The translations under genes and the position numbers were made by a program. Positions 59,353-64,000 of a stretch of DNA of 64,000 bases are shown here, one piece after another (position 1 is the stretch's first letter; every line of letters starts with the position of its first letter). The notes beneath the pieces were generated by a model, which saw nothing but the letters and a program-made list of their open reading frames with translations, did no database searches and had not been told where the DNA came from. The stretch is from Octopus vulgaris (Eukaryota). The stretch lies in assembly GCA_951406725.2 (NCBI GenBank), contig OX597841.1:16058001-16122000 (forward strand). Reading direction: 5' to 3'.

Positions 59353-59525
59353 CATATATATATACATATATACGACAGGCTTCTTTCAGTTTCCGTCTAC
59401 CAAATCCACTCACAAGGCCTTGGTCGGCCCGGGGCTATAGCAGAAGACACTTGCCCAAGATGCCACGCAGTGGGACTGAACCCGGAACCATGTGGTTGGT
59501 AAGCAAGCTACTTACCACACAGTCA
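59030..59525 (-). mobile_element. SINE-B full length
   Basis: Family match. Confidence 0.88.
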
Positions 59526-59574
59526 CTAATTGATTTTTTTTTCTTTCTCTTTTTCTGTTTGGTACTTATTCTTT

Positions 59575-60220
59575 TCTAGGCCCGAAATTTTGGGGGAGGT
59601 GGCCAGCAGTCGATTACATAGATCCCCAGTACGCTACTGGTATTAAATCTATCGATTCCGTGAAGATGAAAGGCAAAGACGACTTCAGCGGGATTTGAAC
59701 TCAGAACGTAAAGACAGACGAGGTACCGCTAAGCATTTCGCTCGGCTTGCTAACGTCTCTGCCAGCTCGCCGCCTTAAAAATATATTCTTTCTTACTCAA
59801 GGCACAAGACCCGAAACTTTTGGGGAGTGGGACCAGTCGATTAGATCGACCCTGTACGCAAGGCGGTGAGCTGGCAGAAACGTTAGCACGCCGGGCGAAA
59901 TGCTTAGCGGTATTTCGTCTGCGTTACGTTGTGAGTTCAAATTCCGCCGAGGTCGACTTTGCCTTTCATCCTTTCGGGGTCGATAAATTAAGTACCAGTT
60001 ACGCACTGGGGTCGATGTAATCGACTTAATACCTATGTCTGTTCTTGTTTGTCCCCTCTGTGTTTAGCCCCTTGTGGGTAATAAAGAAATAGGTACTTAA
60101 GTCATCGACTCTCGAAAGGATTAAAGGCGAAGTCGACATCGGCAGAATTTGAACTCAGAACGTTAACGACAGACGAGACACTTATTTCTTTACTACCCAC
60201 AAGGGGCTAAACACAGAGAG
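59575..60220. mobile_element. Nested SINE-A cluster (minus, plus, minus copies)
   Basis: The plus copy 59860-60091 splits a minus copy (…ccctgtacgcaa|…|ggtacttaa…). Confidence 0.8.
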
Positions 60221-60240
60221 TGTGCTTCTTTCAGATTTAA

Positions 60241-60296
<56 letters not shown>

Positions 60297-60341
60297 CATA
60301 CATACATACATACATACATACATACATACATACATACATAC

Positions 60342-60405
<64 letters not shown>

Positions 60406-60491
60406 CCTAAGTCCAATCCAATCATGGTTTACTCCAGACGGGTCGGTATGTATCCTGTTGCTCTAATAATAATAGATGTCAGGATACATAC

Positions 60492-60549
<58 letters not shown>

Positions 60550-60551
<2 letters not shown>

Positions 60552-60740
60552 CGGGAAGATTTACGAAAATAAACAAAAGACGAAGGCAGGTGGAGACCAA
60601 ACAAATAAATGTATTAGTATGGCGCTCAGGAATAGAAAAAGTCTTTTACATTTCGAGCCCACGCTCTTCGACAGAAAGATACACAGAAAAAAACAAGGAG
60701 AGAAAAAAATGCGTGTAGGAGCTAACGGTCTATCATGGCG
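60550..60740 (-). mobile_element. Short hammerhead-bearing element (HH1) between (TA)n tracts
   Basis: Minus strand cttt CTGTCGA a gagc gtgg gctc GAAA tg TA aaag (60643-60678). Confidence 0.7.
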
Positions 60741-60776
<36 letters not shown>

Positions 60777-60777
<1 letters not shown>

Positions 60778-60970
60778 CGGAGATGTACTTGCATAGCAAG
60801 TGACCTGATCTGAGATCGTGTGCTGGAACGAAAACAATTTGCAGTGTGGAAGGTGTTTGTAAGCCATTTAAGAAGCACACAAAATCCGTTCGATTCACTT
60901 CAACATTTAGATTTAATTTGTGTCGAAATATTTTCGTCGCTTTGAGACCGTGACCTCTTCACTGACAAAA
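60777..60970 (-). mobile_element. PLE-terminus-like element with degenerate hammerhead; homolog at 20865-20955
   Basis: Minus strand tttgtca GTGAAGA ggtc...gac GAAA atatt TC gacacaaa; shares ttttcgtcgc..gtgacct..cactgac with 20919-20952. Confidence 0.5.
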
Positions 60971-61169
60971 CTTCGTAATGAGTGTTTTCTTGAGAACAAA
61001 CTCTTTCTGGTAATGGCGATTTGACGTCTATGTTTAGCATATAGGGTGTCCACTTTAGTGGTCATTCCTCTTAATTTTGTATGTAACACAATTTTTAATC
61101 TTCGGATTTTTGAATAAGCTAAGCCACTGGTTTTAATTGATTAATATCAATTTCTATCCTTATTTAATT

Positions 61170-61630
<461 letters not shown>

Positions 61631-61750
61631 ACACATATACATATAGATGCTTATATATATACATATATAATATAAATAATATATATGCATATATATATAT
61701 ATATATATATACATCTATGCATATATATATATACTTACATATATATATAC

Positions 61751-61783
<33 letters not shown>

Positions 61784-61787
61784 CATA

Positions 61788-61828
<41 letters not shown>

Positions 61829-61854
61829 ATGTATATATATATATATATATAATT

Positions 61855-62145
61855 TTAATCCAAACGGGAAACAAAAAAACAACAACAATGGAACAATTAC
61901 AGTATTATTATTAATAGGCGCTCAGGAAATGGAAGCAGGGAGGTATGACGTTTCGAGCGGAGCTCTTCGTCGGAAACATAAAGAAGGAAGAGAGAGGAAA
62001 GAAAGATCCCGGAGCGGGCAACGGAGATAGAGAAAAAAACGACTGGTGTTAGGAGTAGCACATGGTGAAAGGCGGATGTTTACGATAACAAGAGCAAAGT
62101 GGGTTTTTAAAGGCAAAAGAGTGGAGACAAGGTTGGTAACGCAAC
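61855..62145 (-). mobile_element. Short hammerhead-bearing element (HH1) between (TA)n tracts
   Basis: Minus strand gttt CCGACGA a gagc tcc gctc GAAA cg TC atac (61943-61977). Confidence 0.75.
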
Positions 62146-62184
62146 AGAATATATATATATATATAGTGTTTTGTTGTCTTATTC

Positions 62185-62535
62185 TTTTATTTGTTTCAGT
62201 CATTTGACTGCGGTCATGCTGGAGCACCGCCTTTAGTCGAACAAATCGACCACAGGACTTATTCTTTGTAAGTTTATACATATTCTATTGGTATCTTGTG
62301 TCGAACTGCTAGTTTGCGGGGACGTGGACACACTAATACACACACTCATACACACACACACACACATATACGACGGGATTCTTTCAGTTTCCATCAATCA
62401 AATCCACTCGCAAGGCTTTCGTCTGCCAAAGACTATGGTTGAAGACACTTGCCCAAGATGCCACGCATTGGAACTGAACCCGGAACCATGTGGGTGGTAA
62501 GCAAGCTACTTACCACACAGCCACTCCTACGCCTA
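62185..62535 (-). mobile_element. SINE-B
   Basis: Family match. Confidence 0.8.
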
Positions 62536-62561
62536 TATATATATATGTATATATATGTATG

Positions 62562-62600
<39 letters not shown>

Positions 62601-62844
62601 GTATATAGATATATACATATATATATATACATATATCATATATATGTATACACGCACATACGCGTACATGTACATATATAAATATACACACTAAAGCATG
62701 TATGTATGTATATGTATATCTAACTATAGCTCTATATATACACACATACACACATATGTATATACACATATACATGCACTCACACATATGTATATATATA
62801 TATGTATATATATATATGTATATATATATGTATATATATATATT

Positions 62845-62891
<47 letters not shown>

Positions 62892-63014
62892 TTAGCAATT
62901 AAGGACAACTACTTAATAAGGAAAACTTAACAAGAAATTGTCAGGTAGATAGCATAAAAACCTCATAAGAGAAAAAATTTCGAAAATAATTATTTCTTAT
63001 TGAACATATTAATT

Positions 63015-63239
<225 letters not shown>

Positions 63240-63257
63240 GTATATATATATATTTAC

Positions 63258-63310
<53 letters not shown>

Positions 63311-63357
63311 TATATATATGTTCTTGATATATATATTTGTCGTCTTCTAGTTATACA

Positions 63358-63428
<71 letters not shown>

Positions 63429-63506
63429 TTGTTCGTGTTAATGTATATATTTCTCTGTCACTCTATATGTGTGTGTGTGACTGTGTGTGTGTAAGTATGC
63501 ATATGA

Positions 63507-63567
<61 letters not shown>

Positions 63568-64000
63568 GCAATGAAGGTGTGAGGTGCGAGATGAACAGAG
63601 CTTAGGTTGTGTTCCATGCGGGAGGTCTTCCTTATCAAAGTTCCCGCTAACCGCCGAGAGGAAGACGACTATGTGTCAAGAACTATACCTCCCGCCGCCA
63701 CCACCACCACCATCAACACCATCACCACCACCACCACAACCACCATTATCATCATCATCATCATCATTATCACACCACCACTACCATCACCACAACCATC
63801 AAACCACCACCACGATCATCATCATCACCACCACCACCACCGCCACCATTATCATCATCATCATCATCATCACACCACCACTACCATCACCATCACCATC
63901 AAACCATCAAACCACCACCATCATCATCATCACCACCACCACCACCACCATTATCATCATCATCATCATTATCACACCACCACTACCATCACCACAACCA

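Overview
Gene-free, repeat-saturated eukaryotic DNA; the SINE repertoire and microsatellite density suggest an octopus/cephalopod genome (inference). No host exon is supportable. Nearly all supplied ORFs are microsatellite or SINE translations. Real coding remnants are a 5'-truncated Naiad-type Penelope-like element (RT thumb, Cys linker, GIY-YIG; 16841-20715, minus strand), two CR1-group LINE 3' ends and a decayed mariner transposase. Also present: a non-autonomous Helitron, a hAT MITE and four tRNA-derived SINE families (my labels A-D). The most striking unexplained signal is about 20 minimal type-I hammerhead-ribozyme-like motifs, many with recurrent non-canonical cores and covarying stems. 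They sit in short non-coding elements embedded in (TA)n, and many related elements form fold-back palindromes. All structures were read by eye; no folding or database search was run, and boundaries are approximate.
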